Below are positions 9,849 to 19,168 of a stretch of DNA of 64,000 nt, piece after piece. The notes under the pieces were generated by a model. That model worked only from the letters and a program-made list of their open reading frames with translations, was not told the DNA's origin and ran no database searches. Source of the stretch: Candidatus Latescibacterota bacterium (GTDB lineage Bacteria > Latescibacterota > UBA2968). The number at the start of each line of letters is the position of its first letter. Positions within the stretch are counted from its first letter, which is position 1. The translations under genes and the position numbers were made by a program. The stretch covers positions 256,001-320,000 of the forward strand of contig OZ241986.1 of NCBI GenBank assembly GCA_965204375.1, given 5' to 3'.

Positions 9849-10649
9849 TTACCCGTGGTTGTTAAGGTCTTTCCCGCAATGCGGGCATTTATTGTCGCGA
9901 TGAGATTCCTGCATGGCTTCGACAAATCCAGAACTCAAGATGCCAGCGGGTAAGGCAAACATCCCGACGCCGAGTACGGCAATTATTGCCCCTAAAAATT
10001 TGCCCAATGGCGTTATGGGAAAGACATCGCCGTAGCCCACGGTTGTCAGCGTTACAATTCCCCACCACATGGTTGTTGGAATGCTTGCAAATGCTTCGGG
10101 TTGTGCATGGTGTTCGACAAAATACATCAAGCTGGATACAATGACCAATAAAAGTGTTAGTGCAAATGCCACGATATAGAGTTCTCGGCGTTTTTGCCAT
10201 ATTACCCGGCCAAACATTTGCATTGAATGCGAATAGCGGCCCACTTTGAGCAGGCGAAATAACCGCAACAAGCGCAGGGGTAGCGTGTAATCGGGCGGTA
10301 TTGTGACGAGCAAGAAGACGTAATAGGGAAAAATGGCGATGAAATCAATTAGTGCCAGAGGGGTCAGCATAAACGCCAACCGCCCCGTCAGGGGACGCGC
10401 GAATTTTGTATCTGCGGTGCAACACCAGATACGCAGCATGTATTCAACGGTGAAGATCAGTACGCATACAGTTTCAAAAAGCCCGATAAATTTGCCATAA
10501 GCCTCATTAATTCCCTCGACGGTTTCGAGTATGACCATTGTCACATTCAGGACGATGAGGGTGATTATAAAAAGATCTACGACGCGGCTCAGCCGATCCC
10601 CTTCTTCGGCTTTTTCCAGGATTGCGTACAAGTGTGTTTTTGCGGTCAT
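9849..10649 (-). CDS. Voltage-gated-type potassium channel (ion transporter)
   Basis: 6-TM architecture, S4-like LRLLRLFRLLK, TTVGYGD selectivity filter, C-terminal CPHCG. Confidence 0.93.
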   Translation of the reverse strand: MTAKTHLYAILEKAEEGDRLSRVVDLFIITLIVLNVTMVILETVEGINEAYGKFIGLFETVCVLIFTVEYMLRIWCCTADTKFARPLTGRLAFMLTPLALIDFIAIFPYYVFLLVTIPPDYTLPLRLLRLFRLLKVGRYSHSMQMFGRVIWQKRRELYIVAFALTLLLVIVSSLMYFVEHHAQPEAFASIPTTMWWGIVTLTTVGYGDVFPITPLGKFLGAIIAVLGVGMFALPAGILSSGFVEAMQESHRDNKCPHCGKDLNNHG

Positions 10650-10773
10650 CGCGTTTACCTCCCGCTTGAAAATAGAATTGTTTTGTGCTCTTTACAAGCG
10701 AATATTAAAGGAAAGGGAGAGAAAAAAGAAGACAGCGAATAATTTGAGTTGTCTCTCAGCACAGGAGGTTTAT

Positions 10774-12717
10774 TTGTTCGATCTTTTTAAAAATCCAATT
10801 GTCCGAGTTATTTTTTCGCTTATTCTTGCGGTGATTCTGGTGGGTGTTTTGCCGGGGAATCGGGACCGCGTTTTATACGAGCAACTGTTGAGCGCGATTC
10901 CCAAATTGGCAGAACAGTTTGGCGATTATCCGTGGATGCTATCGCCAGATGCGGATCGCGTGTTGCAAAAGGCTTTTTCCGAAGCGCAAAGCCGCCGGCC
11001 TGATGCGGCTTCTGAGGGCGAAGGAATTGTATTTCGCGGCGCGGCAACTTCCACGGGTTATCATCTCGTTGCTGGGTGGGGTTCTAATGAACGGGGAGAA
11101 ATTTTGTCGCCTGTTACGGCGTGGAGTCTTTTCCCACCTGTTGCTGCGATTCTGGTGGCTATTATTAGCGGGCGTCTTATTCTGGGGCTTTCGCTTTCTA
11201 TTCTCGCGGGGGGATTTCTCGCGTCGCTGGGTGAACCGCTTTATTATTTGCCGGTTGTTGCGCTGCAAAAATCCCTGATTGGCTATGTTTGGACGCCTTT
11301 GGAAAGTTCGTTTCAGCTCTATATTCTCGCGTTTACTGCAGGGCTTATTGGTATGGTGCGCGTTACCACGCTTTCGGGTGGCAATCGCGGTATTGCCAAT
11401 GTGCTTTCCCGACGTGCCGAAGGCGCGCGCTCAACGCGGCTGGCGGCATTTTTTATGGGGCTTGCCATTTTTTTTGATGACTATGCCAATTCTATTGTGG
11501 TTGGCTCTACGTTGCGCCCGATAGCGGATCGGTTCAGGGTATCGCGGGAAAAACTCGCGTATATTGTCGATTCAACTGCCGCTCCTATTGCGGGTATTGC
11601 GATTATCAGTACGTGGATTGGATACGAAGTTAGCCTTTTTCAGGATTTAATGACGGATCTCAAGACCGGGTTGTCGGGATACCAGCTTTTTTTTAATGCT
11701 CTGCCTTTGCGTTTCTATTGTTTGCTTACGCTTACTTTTGTGTTGCTTTCTGCTTATCTGCGCCGCGATTACGGGCCTATGCTCGCCGCAGAACGCCGCG
11801 CACAAACAACGGGTCAGGTGATGCGCCCTGGCGCGACGCCAATGACGGGTCGCGCACAGGACGAAATTGGTCCTGTTGAGGGCGTCCGTCCCGTGTGGTG
11901 GGCGGCTGTTTTTCCCGTGCTTCTCGTTATTGTGTGCGTCATTGGGGGGATGGCTTTTGATACGTGGAATCACGAGAGGGTGCTGGCTGCGCGGCGGGAT
12001 TATGGCTTGATGAGTAGCGCGTTTTGGAGTGCGTGTTTTTCAAATGCCAATACCGCCCAGGTACTTTTTGTGGCGGCGATGCTCGGTTCCGCACTCGCGA
12101 TTGCGATAGCTATTACGCGCAGGCATGTTGAGACGGGTGCACGAGTTATTTCTGTGGGGAATGCTGTCTCGACATGGGCGCGCGGTATTGTCGGGGTGTG
12201 GTATGCGATTGTTATTCTGATTCTCGCATGGGCGATTAAAGAGGTCTGCGCAGATGCAGGTACGTCAACTTATCTCACCGCTGCACTGTCTCCGCTTATA
12301 TCTCCGGGGCTGCTGCCTTTGCTGATTTTTCTGCTCGCTGCTCTTGTTGCTTTTTCAATTGGCACGTCCTGGACGACTATGGCGATTCTCATTCCTACGG
12401 TTGTTCCGCTCGCACATGCGTTGGGGGGGCTGCCGCTGACGATCCTGGCAGCCGCGGCTGTGCTCGATGGAGCGATTTTTGGCGACCATTGCTCGCCTAT
12501 TAGCGATACTACGGTGATGGCGAGTATTGCATCGTCTTGTGACCACCTGGATCACGTTAAAACACAACTTCCCTACGCGCTGACGACGATGAGTGTCGCG
12601 GGCATTTTTGGCTATCTGGGGACGGCGCTGGTTTATCCGGGTTGGGTTGGTCTTATCTTTGGATTGATCACTATTCCAATAATTCTTCTCGCCATAGGTA
12701 AAAATCCGGATGAATAG
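10774..12717 (+). CDS. Na+/H+ antiporter NhaC family transporter
   Basis: IFFDDYAN, SREKLAYIVDSTAAP, GTSW, GDHCSPISDTT. Start set at TTG 10774 behind AGGAGG. Confidence 0.88.
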   Translation: MFDLFKNPIVRVIFSLILAVILVGVLPGNRDRVLYEQLLSAIPKLAEQFGDYPWMLSPDADRVLQKAFSEAQSRRPDAASEGEGIVFRGAATSTGYHLVAGWGSNERGEILSPVTAWSLFPPVAAILVAIISGRLILGLSLSILAGGFLASLGEPLYYLPVVALQKSLIGYVWTPLESSFQLYILAFTAGLIGMVRVTTLSGGNRGIANVLSRRAEGARSTRLAAFFMGLAIFFDDYANSIVVGSTLRPIADRFRVSREKLAYIVDSTAAPIAGIAIISTWIGYEVSLFQDLMTDLKTGLSGYQLFFNALPLRFYCLLTLTFVLLSAYLRRDYGPMLAAERRAQTTGQVMRPGATPMTGRAQDEIGPVEGVRPVWWAAVFPVLLVIVCVIGGMAFDTWNHERVLAARRDYGLMSSAFWSACFSNANTAQVLFVAAMLGSALAIAIAITRRHVETGARVISVGNAVSTWARGIVGVWYAIVILILAWAIKEVCADAGTSTYLTAALSPLISPGLLPLLIFLLAALVAFSIGTSWTTMAILIPTVVPLAHALGGLPLTILAAAAVLDGAIFGDHCSPISDTTVMASIASSCDHLDHVKTQLPYALTTMSVAGIFGYLGTALVYPGWVGLIFGLITIPIILLAIGKNPDE

Positions 12718-12887
12718 TGGTTAGTAGTAAAAGGCGATAAGCACCAAGGTACGGGTAAAAAAGAAAAAAGATATCCGATTGGTCACACGACAGGGCGACG
12801 GTTTGAAAATATCCGATTGATTTTTCATAACAAATTCGTTTCTTTGTTCAAGAATTTAGTTTTGTGTACGGGCACGCCGAACGAGGA

Positions 12888-14132
12888 ATGGGTATGCTAT
12901 TTAATAGACTAAAGTTTTCGGGGCTTTTGTCCTTTGGGCCACAGGGGGTCGATTTGCCGATGGAACCGCTAAACGTCCTGATCGGCCCGAATGGTTCGGG
13001 CAAGTCCAACTTTCTGGAGGCAATTTCGTTGTTCCACGCCGCTCCACGCGGTATTGGAGAACCCATATCACGCATGGGCGGCGTCCGCGAATGGTTGTGG
13101 AAGGGTCCGGATGCATCGGATTCGATTACTTTGGAAGCTCTGGTTGACTTTCCGCTAAAGGGCCTGTTGCAGCATTCTCTGACTCTCACCGATCAGGGTG
13201 GGACCCCCGTGGTGGCTGACGAACGAGTCGAACCCACTGAAGTGCATTCCGACGAGCGCGATGGGCGGTCCTACTACCGCCCGCCTAAAGACAAACAGGC
13301 GGCGTTAGAGATGGCAAATGCCAACGCAGAGGCAATGTCGAAGCCTAAAAATGTAAATGTCGGTGAGTGGTCAGAACCTCTCTTGTTTGCTCGGTACCGC
13401 CCAGGTGCTATCGAGTTCGCGAGTGAGTTTGAACCGGGGCAGTCTTTACTGTCTCATTCTGCCCTACCGGATTATCGGGCACTTTGGCATCTAAAAGAGC
13501 AGTACACGCGCATTCGTCTTTACCGGAACTGGTCATTCGGACCTGGCGCGAATTTACGCCTACCCTGCAACGCACACGCCCGTAGCGATTTTTTGGATGA
13601 AGGTGCTGAGAACTTACCACTCGTGCTATCTCAACTACCTGGACAGCAGAAGAGGAGACTTCTGAGTGAGTTGGGCAAGCTATTTGATGGCATTGTCGAT
13701 GTGAGTTGTCCAGTAACGGGCGGCACGGTGGCGTTATTTCTCGAAGAAGAGGACGGACGCTATATTCCTGCCACTCGCCTCTCGGATGGGACGCTACGTT
13801 ACTTGAGTTTGTTGGCTGTCTTATTGCATCCCGAACCGCCGCCTCTGATTTGTATTGAGGAACCGGAATTGGGGTTGCACCCTGATCTGTTGCCCACGTT
13901 GAGCGACTTGATGTGCGAAGCGTCAAAGCGCAGTCAAGTGATCGTTACGACTCATTCTGATGTGCTTGTGGATGCGCTGACGGATAAACCAGAGAGCGTC
14001 GTAGTCTGCGAGAAACACAGTGGACAGACGGAGATGCGCCGTCTCGATAAGGAAGATTTGGCAAAGTGGTTAGAGAAATACAGACTGGGCGATCTTTGGA
14101 CTTCGGGTGAGTTGGGCGGAAATCGATGGTGA
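12888..14132 (+). CDS. Predicted ABC-type ATPase (AAA_21/AAA_15 family)
   Basis: Walker A GPNGSGKS, signature LSDGT, Walker B IEEPELGLHP, TTHS switch, C-terminal LGDLWTSGELGGNRW. Confidence 0.9.
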   Translation: MGMLFNRLKFSGLLSFGPQGVDLPMEPLNVLIGPNGSGKSNFLEAISLFHAAPRGIGEPISRMGGVREWLWKGPDASDSITLEALVDFPLKGLLQHSLTLTDQGGTPVVADERVEPTEVHSDERDGRSYYRPPKDKQAALEMANANAEAMSKPKNVNVGEWSEPLLFARYRPGAIEFASEFEPGQSLLSHSALPDYRALWHLKEQYTRIRLYRNWSFGPGANLRLPCNAHARSDFLDEGAENLPLVLSQLPGQQKRRLLSELGKLFDGIVDVSCPVTGGTVALFLEEEDGRYIPATRLSDGTLRYLSLLAVLLHPEPPPLICIEEPELGLHPDLLPTLSDLMCEASKRSQVIVTTHSDVLVDALTDKPESVVVCEKHSGQTEMRRLDKEDLAKWLEKYRLGDLWTSGELGGNRW

Positions 14133-14473
14133 CGGCGACGCTATATATTGAAGGTGGTGGAGAAGGTAGAGAACTCGGTGCGCATTTCCGCGAGGGTTGG
14201 AACAAATTTTTCGAGTCCGCTGGTGTTGGCAGCAAGACAAAGATTGTACGAGGAGGCTCACGGCAACAGACCTTTGAGCGATTTGCCACAGCCGTTGAGG
14301 TAGGTCGTCCCGGCACGGTCCCTCTCTTGCTCGTCGATAGTGAGGCTCCTGTTGCAGCGGGGAATACAGTGTGGCAGCACTTGTCTCTCAACGACAAAAA
14401 TTGGATTCGTCCCATCGGTGCTGGCGTTGATCAAGCATTTCTAATGGTTCAGATTATGGAGACCTGGTTCTTA
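14126..14473 (+). pseudogene. DUF4276-like (TOPRIM-related) partner of the ATPase, truncated by IS5
   Basis: LYIEGGG, LLVDSE and MVQIMETWFL motifs. The frame runs into the IS5 inverted repeat right after ETWFL, and the C-terminal half is not found on the far side. Confidence 0.75.
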
Positions 14474-15402
14474 GAAGCTGTTTTAAAACCCTGGCGTTTA
14501 AGCAAGTCTGTTAATTAAGAGATAAATCATACCGATGTGAATAAAGGCTTCACTGTTGTCCGTTAAGCGTTCATAATCCTTTGACAGTCGGCGGAAATTG
14601 AATAACCAAGCAAAGGTGCGTTCAATGACCCAACGGCGTTTGACTATTTGAAAGCCTTCCCCTTTTGGGGTAACGACCTCAAGATCAATCTTATGTGTTT
14701 GTTTTCTATCAGCGACCCATTCCTTGAGGTCTTCGCCGCGATATCCGCCATCAACCCACAGCTTGCGTAAGCGTGTCACGCCTGTTTCAAAATACTGATT
14801 GAGCACCTTTTTGAGGCCATCACGATCTTGGAGATTAGCCGGTGAGACATAGGTGCTGATGACCAGTCCGAGGGTATCGACAAGCAGATGGCGTTTTCGT
14901 CCATTGATCTTCTTTCCCGCATCGTAACCCTTTGAGTCTGCTTGTGTTGCTGTCTTAACACTTTGGCTGTCAATACAGCCTGCTGATGCGTCAGGCTTGC
15001 GCCCTTGCCGTTTGCGCTCCCTACGTGAGAGTGCTTGTTGCACCTGCTGAAAGATGTCTTGCTCGCGCCATTTGTTGAAATAGCCATACACGGTTTGCCA
15101 ACAGCCAAAGGTATGAGGCAGCATGCGCCATTGGCAGCCCGTCTTCGTCAGATACAGGATGCCATCAAACACGCGTCGCAAATTGGCAGGTGGACGTCCG
15201 GGACCTCCTTTTTGCCATTTGCGTTTGGGCAACAAGGGGATCAGCAGTTGCCATTGCGCTTGGGTGACATTTGTCGGATATTGTCTTGGCGTATTCATCG
15301 CATGTCCTTTCTTTTTAAGGTTTTTGGATACCCTAAATTTGGACTGATGAATACGCTTTTTCAACTCTTTTTTTTATTTCTCCATAATTTTAAAACAGCT
15401 TC
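14474..15402 (-). mobile_element. IS5 family insertion sequence (IS1031-like), 929 bp
   Basis: Perfect 15-bp terminal IR GAAGCTGTTTTAAAA (14474-14488) / TTTTAAAACAGCTTC (15388-15402), flanked by TTA and TAA. Confidence 0.9.
14498..15298 (-). CDS. IS5 family transposase
   Basis: YPTNVT..QW, TGCQWRMLP, IDSQSVK, GRKRHLLVDTLG, VDGGY, RWVIERTFAW. Single intact frame. Confidence 0.93.
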   Translation of the reverse strand: MNTPRQYPTNVTQAQWQLLIPLLPKRKWQKGGPGRPPANLRRVFDGILYLTKTGCQWRMLPHTFGCWQTVYGYFNKWREQDIFQQVQQALSRRERKRQGRKPDASAGCIDSQSVKTATQADSKGYDAGKKINGRKRHLLVDTLGLVISTYVSPANLQDRDGLKKVLNQYFETGVTRLRKLWVDGGYRGEDLKEWVADRKQTHKIDLEVVTPKGEGFQIVKRRWVIERTFAWLFNFRRLSKDYERLTDNSEAFIHIGMIYLLINRLA

Positions 15403-15405
15403 TAA

Positions 15406-17126
15406 CCCGACTAATTCATGAAAGTTTTTGAATAGTCTATTTATGTCATCATTTCGATGTTGTAAGCCCTCTGTCCGTGTTTTTCTGTTTTTGTTGCTCC
15501 CGATTGTGTTTTTACCGGGTTCTGACAGGTCAATGTCATTGGTAGAGCGTGCCTGTGGTAGTCAAAAAGGGCAGAGGTTCCCCCTTGCCCTTGCCTGCCG
15601 AGTCTTTGCCCAGCACAAGGCGGTGTGCGCCAGTGATGTTGTCTGCCTTCTGCTTGCCATCTCTGCCCTCCTGCGTTTTGGGTTAAGGTCCTGCCCTTTT
15701 CAGATTGTGTAGGATTTTATGATACAGATGTTGCAAAGGATAGGACACAGGCAGATGGAAGGTGATCCTTGTTTTCAACTCACAGACGCGTCCTGCGACT
15801 TTGAGGAAGCGATTTTGAATGGTATTGACCTGCGCGTTTATCCACCTTGTGCCATTGAATCCTATTTGCGCCAATGTCTGTATCAAGACATAGGCGGCAG
15901 AATGGAGAAAGAGGCGGAACTGATTGGCAGTAAAGCTGTGACAGGATGTGCGGTCAGAGTGGAGAAAGGTTTTGTGATTTTTAATGAAGTTTTCCATCTG
16001 TCCGCGCGCACAATAGACGCTTTGATAGATAAAGGACGCCATTGAACTTTTCAGGTTGGTCACGACAAAGCGTGTGTTTTGGCCTCGGTCACTGATTTCG
16101 ACCTTGCATACGATGCGTTGTGCCTTGTTCCAACTCTTTGCCTGATAGGAAAACGAGGTAAAAAGACGCACGGCCTCCTTTGTATGTGCATAAAGCCTTT
16201 TGGCCTGCGCGATAAGGGGTTGTGCCGCCTCACAAAGCTTGGCATTGCTGGTCTGTCCTAAGATAAAATACAGGTCACTATCGGCACACAACTGATGGAC
16301 TTGTGGACAAGAAAAGTGGGCATCACCCCGCAAGATGATCGCCACATCAGGCCAAGCCTGACGCAGATAGGCCACCAAACGCTTGACTATGGCGACTATC
16401 TGTTGGCCGGTCGGACGGATACCGGGACGCAATATCGTAGTGATCAACTTACCGGTTTGTCCCTCATAAATATGCAAGGGCTGATAGGTGTAGGCATTGT
16501 AATAGCCATTGAATAGGGACAACTGCTGGGTCCCATAAACCGTATCCTGTGTATCATCAATATCTAAGATGATCGCCTCGGGCGGCTTTTTATACGAAGC
16601 GATAAAACAATCGAGGAAGGCACGGGCAATCCGATACAAGTCGCTTCGCCTGATCTGGTTCTCAAACCGGCTCATCGTGGGTTGACTGCCCAAGTCTTTA
16701 CCTGAAAGCGGCAAGACACCACAGGCGGCCTTGATACCCGGATCGCTGCGTAAGGCATCACAATCATTGCCATCTTCATACCCACAGGCTATCTGGAACA
16801 CCCGTTGCTTGACCAACTCTGCGACGGAGTGCCTCACATAACTCTTATGCCGACGATCCGTGATCGCAGCACTCATGCGTGTTAAAATGCCAGATTTTGC
16901 CTCTACTTCTCGAAGCAATAACGCGCCGCTATCGCTGGTGAGAATGCCCCCATCAAAGGCGATATTGACACGTTTGCCGAAAATGCTTGCCAAAGGAACC
17001 TTGCGATGTTTATCTTGTGACCCCATGGTAGTTTCCTCCAAGTCTATTGTTTAATGGTTATGGTGATAACCTATAATAATACAATGACTTGAATAAGGAA
17101 ACTACCTTTTTTATGAATTTTTCAGG
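15406..17126 (-). mobile_element. IS1380 family insertion sequence
   Basis: Imperfect terminal IR: CCCGACTAATTCATGAAA at 15406 versus CCTGAAAAATTCATAAAA (reverse complement ending 17126). Confidence 0.8.
15683..17026 (-). CDS. IS1380 family transposase (DDE_Tnp_1_4)
   Basis: FDGGILTSDSG, GYEDGND, SQPTMSRFE, LDIDDT, RGDAHF, Y.ARGQMENFIK. Confidence 0.93.
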   Translation of the reverse strand: MGSQDKHRKVPLASIFGKRVNIAFDGGILTSDSGALLLREVEAKSGILTRMSAAITDRRHKSYVRHSVAELVKQRVFQIACGYEDGNDCDALRSDPGIKAACGVLPLSGKDLGSQPTMSRFENQIRRSDLYRIARAFLDCFIASYKKPPEAIILDIDDTQDTVYGTQQLSLFNGYYNAYTYQPLHIYEGQTGKLITTILRPGIRPTGQQIVAIVKRLVAYLRQAWPDVAIILRGDAHFSCPQVHQLCADSDLYFILGQTSNAKLCEAAQPLIAQAKRLYAHTKEAVRLFTSFSYQAKSWNKAQRIVCKVEISDRGQNTRFVVTNLKSSMASFIYQSVYCARGQMENFIKNHKTFLHSDRTSCHSFTANQFRLFLHSAAYVLIQTLAQIGFNGTRWINAQVNTIQNRFLKVAGRVCELKTRITFHLPVSYPLQHLYHKILHNLKRAGP

Positions 17127-17130
17127 TTAG

Positions 17131-17682
17131 GTCTCTTCAGTATCATTTTCACCCGATGGGACAATGCTTGCTTCTGGGACATGGCTTAGGGTCAAGTTGT
17201 GGGATGTTTCAACGAGGGACAGTATCTTCACGCTTGAGGGGTATAGTACTCCTGTCTCTTCAGTATCATTTTCACCTGATGGTACACTGCTTGCCTCAGG
17301 GTCATTCGGTGGCACGGTCAGGTTGTGGGATGTTTCAACGAGGCGTAATATCGCCACGCTTGAGGGGCATACGTCAATAGTTAATTCAGTATCATTTTCA
17401 CCTGATGGTACACTGCTTGCTTCTGGATCACAAGACGGCACGAGTCTGCTGTGGGATATGTCGCCGTATATCACACCTTCAACGCCTACGACAGCCCCTA
17501 CCCCCGACTTTGATGGCGATGGAAGGGTTGGTATTTCCGATTTTTTGCTGTTTGGGGAACAGTTTGGGTTCAGTCGGAGTGACGAGGGATATGACGCGCG
17601 GTTTGATCTGGATAGCAATGGTGTGATTGGGGTTAGTGATTTTCTGATTTTTGTCAATGCCTTTGGTAAGAAAGTGTCATGA
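17131..17682 (+). pseudogene. 5'-truncated WD40-repeat protein with C-terminal paired dockerin/EF-hand-like motifs
   Basis: Frame opens mid-repeat (VSSVSFSPDG) right after the IS1380 end. Three WD40 repeats, a P/T linker, then DFDGDGRVGISDFL and DLDSNGVIGVSDFL. Confidence 0.8.
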
Positions 17683-17713
17683 CTTGCGCGGGCTAATTGC
17701 AATGGAGGTACTA

Positions 17714-18022
17714 ATGACAGAGATTCTCGAGAGCAAGCGCGACGCCATCGCGAAAGCCTGCAAGCGCCATGGCGTAACCCGGTTGGACGCCTTTGGTTCA
17801 GCTCTAAACGATGACTTCCATCCCGGTCAGAGCGACGTGGATCTATTGGTCGAACTTGGTCCGATGGGACCCTATGCTCGAGTCGATGCCTATTTCGGTC
17901 TGCTGAAAGACCTGAGAACGATACTGGGTGATCAAGTCGATCTGGTCGTTTCAGGAGCTGTGAAGAACCGCTATATCGCCCGCGACATTGAGGAGACGAA
18001 GGAGTTGCTGTATGCCGCGTGA
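17714..18022 (+). CDS. Minimal nucleotidyltransferase (MNT) antitoxin
   Basis: FGS...SDVDLLV and VDLV motifs, C-terminal LLYAA; GGAGG RBS. Confidence 0.85.
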   Translation: MTEILESKRDAIAKACKRHGVTRLDAFGSALNDDFHPGQSDVDLLVELGPMGPYARVDAYFGLLKDLRTILGDQVDLVVSGAVKNRYIARDIEETKELLYAA

Positions 18023-18090
18023 CGCAAGAGCCTACCTGACTGACTCATCAGTATCCAACCGTGGATGACGCTATCGTTTGGGCGATGTAG
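18012..18090 (+). pseudogene. HEPN/DUF86 toxin relic with a large internal deletion
   Basis: MPRDARAYLTD overlaps the MNT stop and is joined out of frame to HQYPTVDDAIVWAM*. These match the N- and C-terminal parts of HepT-like toxins. Confidence 0.7.
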
Positions 18091-18128
18091 CAGTGTTTGA
18101 TTGCATAAGACCTTTAAGGAGAAAAACC

Positions 18129-18393
18129 ATGCCCTATACTAATTATACATCTCAGGAAGTCGAATCGCGCGGTGAAGCAATTTATGTACAACAGATCCGC
18201 GACAATGTGATCTCCAAACCAAAGGCGAGTTCTTAGTTATCGATATTGAAACAGGTGAATACGAGATCAATGCTGACCTACAAAACAGCTACTTGCCAAA
18301 CATCCCAATGCTGTCATTTACGGTTTGCGAATTGGATTCCTAACTACCTACCGCATCGGTAGTAGTTTTTCGGTGAACACACGTAATGGTTGA
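18129..18393 (+). pseudogene. Small conserved hypothetical protein (DUF5678-like), two frameshifts
   Basis: AAGGAG RBS; three segments MPYTNYTSQEVESRGEAIYVQQIRD / KGEFLVIDIETGEYEI / KQLLAKHPNAVIYGLRIG separated by frameshifts. Confidence 0.6.
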
Positions 18394-18492
18394 CAAACTG
18401 CAATCTCAGAGATCTGGGACTTTGAGGCAGAACGGAGACGACAAGATTGGAGTTTGCGATTCTCTGATCTTTACTAATAACTTCGACAGAAA

Positions 18493-18813
18493 ATGACAGT
18501 AGAAATCTATCAAAATAAGCAGGAATATCGGCCTTTTGAAGCATGGGTTAATAGACTTAGAGATCAACGGGCACAAGCGGCTATTGATAATCGGATCAGA
18601 CGAATTTCTCTCGGAAATTTGGGAGATTACAAGTCTATAGGCGAGGGAATATGTGAGCTAATAATAGACATAGGGCCTGGATATCGCGTATATTTTAGAC
18701 GTATTGGACAAACGATCATTCTCTTGTTATGCGGGGGCGACAAGCGATCACAACGCAGGGATATCTCGAGAGCAAAACAATTTTGGAATGACTATCAGGA
18801 GCGCGTGTCATGA
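18493..18813 (+). CDS. Type II TA toxin, RelE/ParE family (addiction module killer protein)
   Basis: GNLGDYKSIGEGICEL.ID.GPGYRVYF...LLLCGGDKRSQ..DI. Confidence 0.9.
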   Translation: MTVEIYQNKQEYRPFEAWVNRLRDQRAQAAIDNRIRRISLGNLGDYKSIGEGICELIIDIGPGYRVYFRRIGQTIILLLCGGDKRSQRRDISRAKQFWNDYQERVS

Positions 18814-19139
18814 AACCATCTATTCCTTTTGAAAATTATCTTATGGCAAAATTAGAAGATCCCGATTATGCGAAGCTATATCTTGAAACCGCATTGGAAG
18901 AATACAGCAAAGACCGCGATGCGGATGCCTTTTTATTGGCCTTGAGGGATATTGCCATTGCACAAGGCGGATTGAGTAAATTGGCGAGCGAGACAAATCT
19001 CAATCGAGCAGGGATTTACCGGGCACTTGGCACGGGAGGCAATCCGCATTTGGATACGCTGGAGAAGATTTTGCGTTGTCTTGGATTCCGGCTATCCGTC
19101 GAGCCTCTGGTCTCAAAGGAAGTCGCCGATACAGTGTAG
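18810..19139 (+). CDS. Addiction module antidote protein (HTH antitoxin)
   Basis: YL..ALE...FLLALRDIA.AQGG...LNR..IYRAL...GNP.L.TL; ATGA overlap with the toxin gene. Confidence 0.88.
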   Translation: MKPSIPFENYLMAKLEDPDYAKLYLETALEEYSKDRDADAFLLALRDIAIAQGGLSKLASETNLNRAGIYRALGTGGNPHLDTLEKILRCLGFRLSVEPLVSKEVADTV

Positions 19140-19168
19140 TTTTTATTTTATTGAATAGGAGAATGGTC

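Noticed and set aside
10531-10773. N-terminal extension of the NhaC ORF
   Set aside because: It overlaps the divergent K+ channel gene, and a strong AGGAGG RBS supports TTG 10774.
15428-15712. 94-aa ORF as an IS passenger gene
   Set aside because: No recognisable motif or RBS; it lies antisense in the IS1380 3' non-coding region.
17131-17460. About 125-bp DNA repeats (TCAGTATCATTTTCACC.GATGG) as an array
   Set aside because: Fully explained by the WD40 coding repeats.
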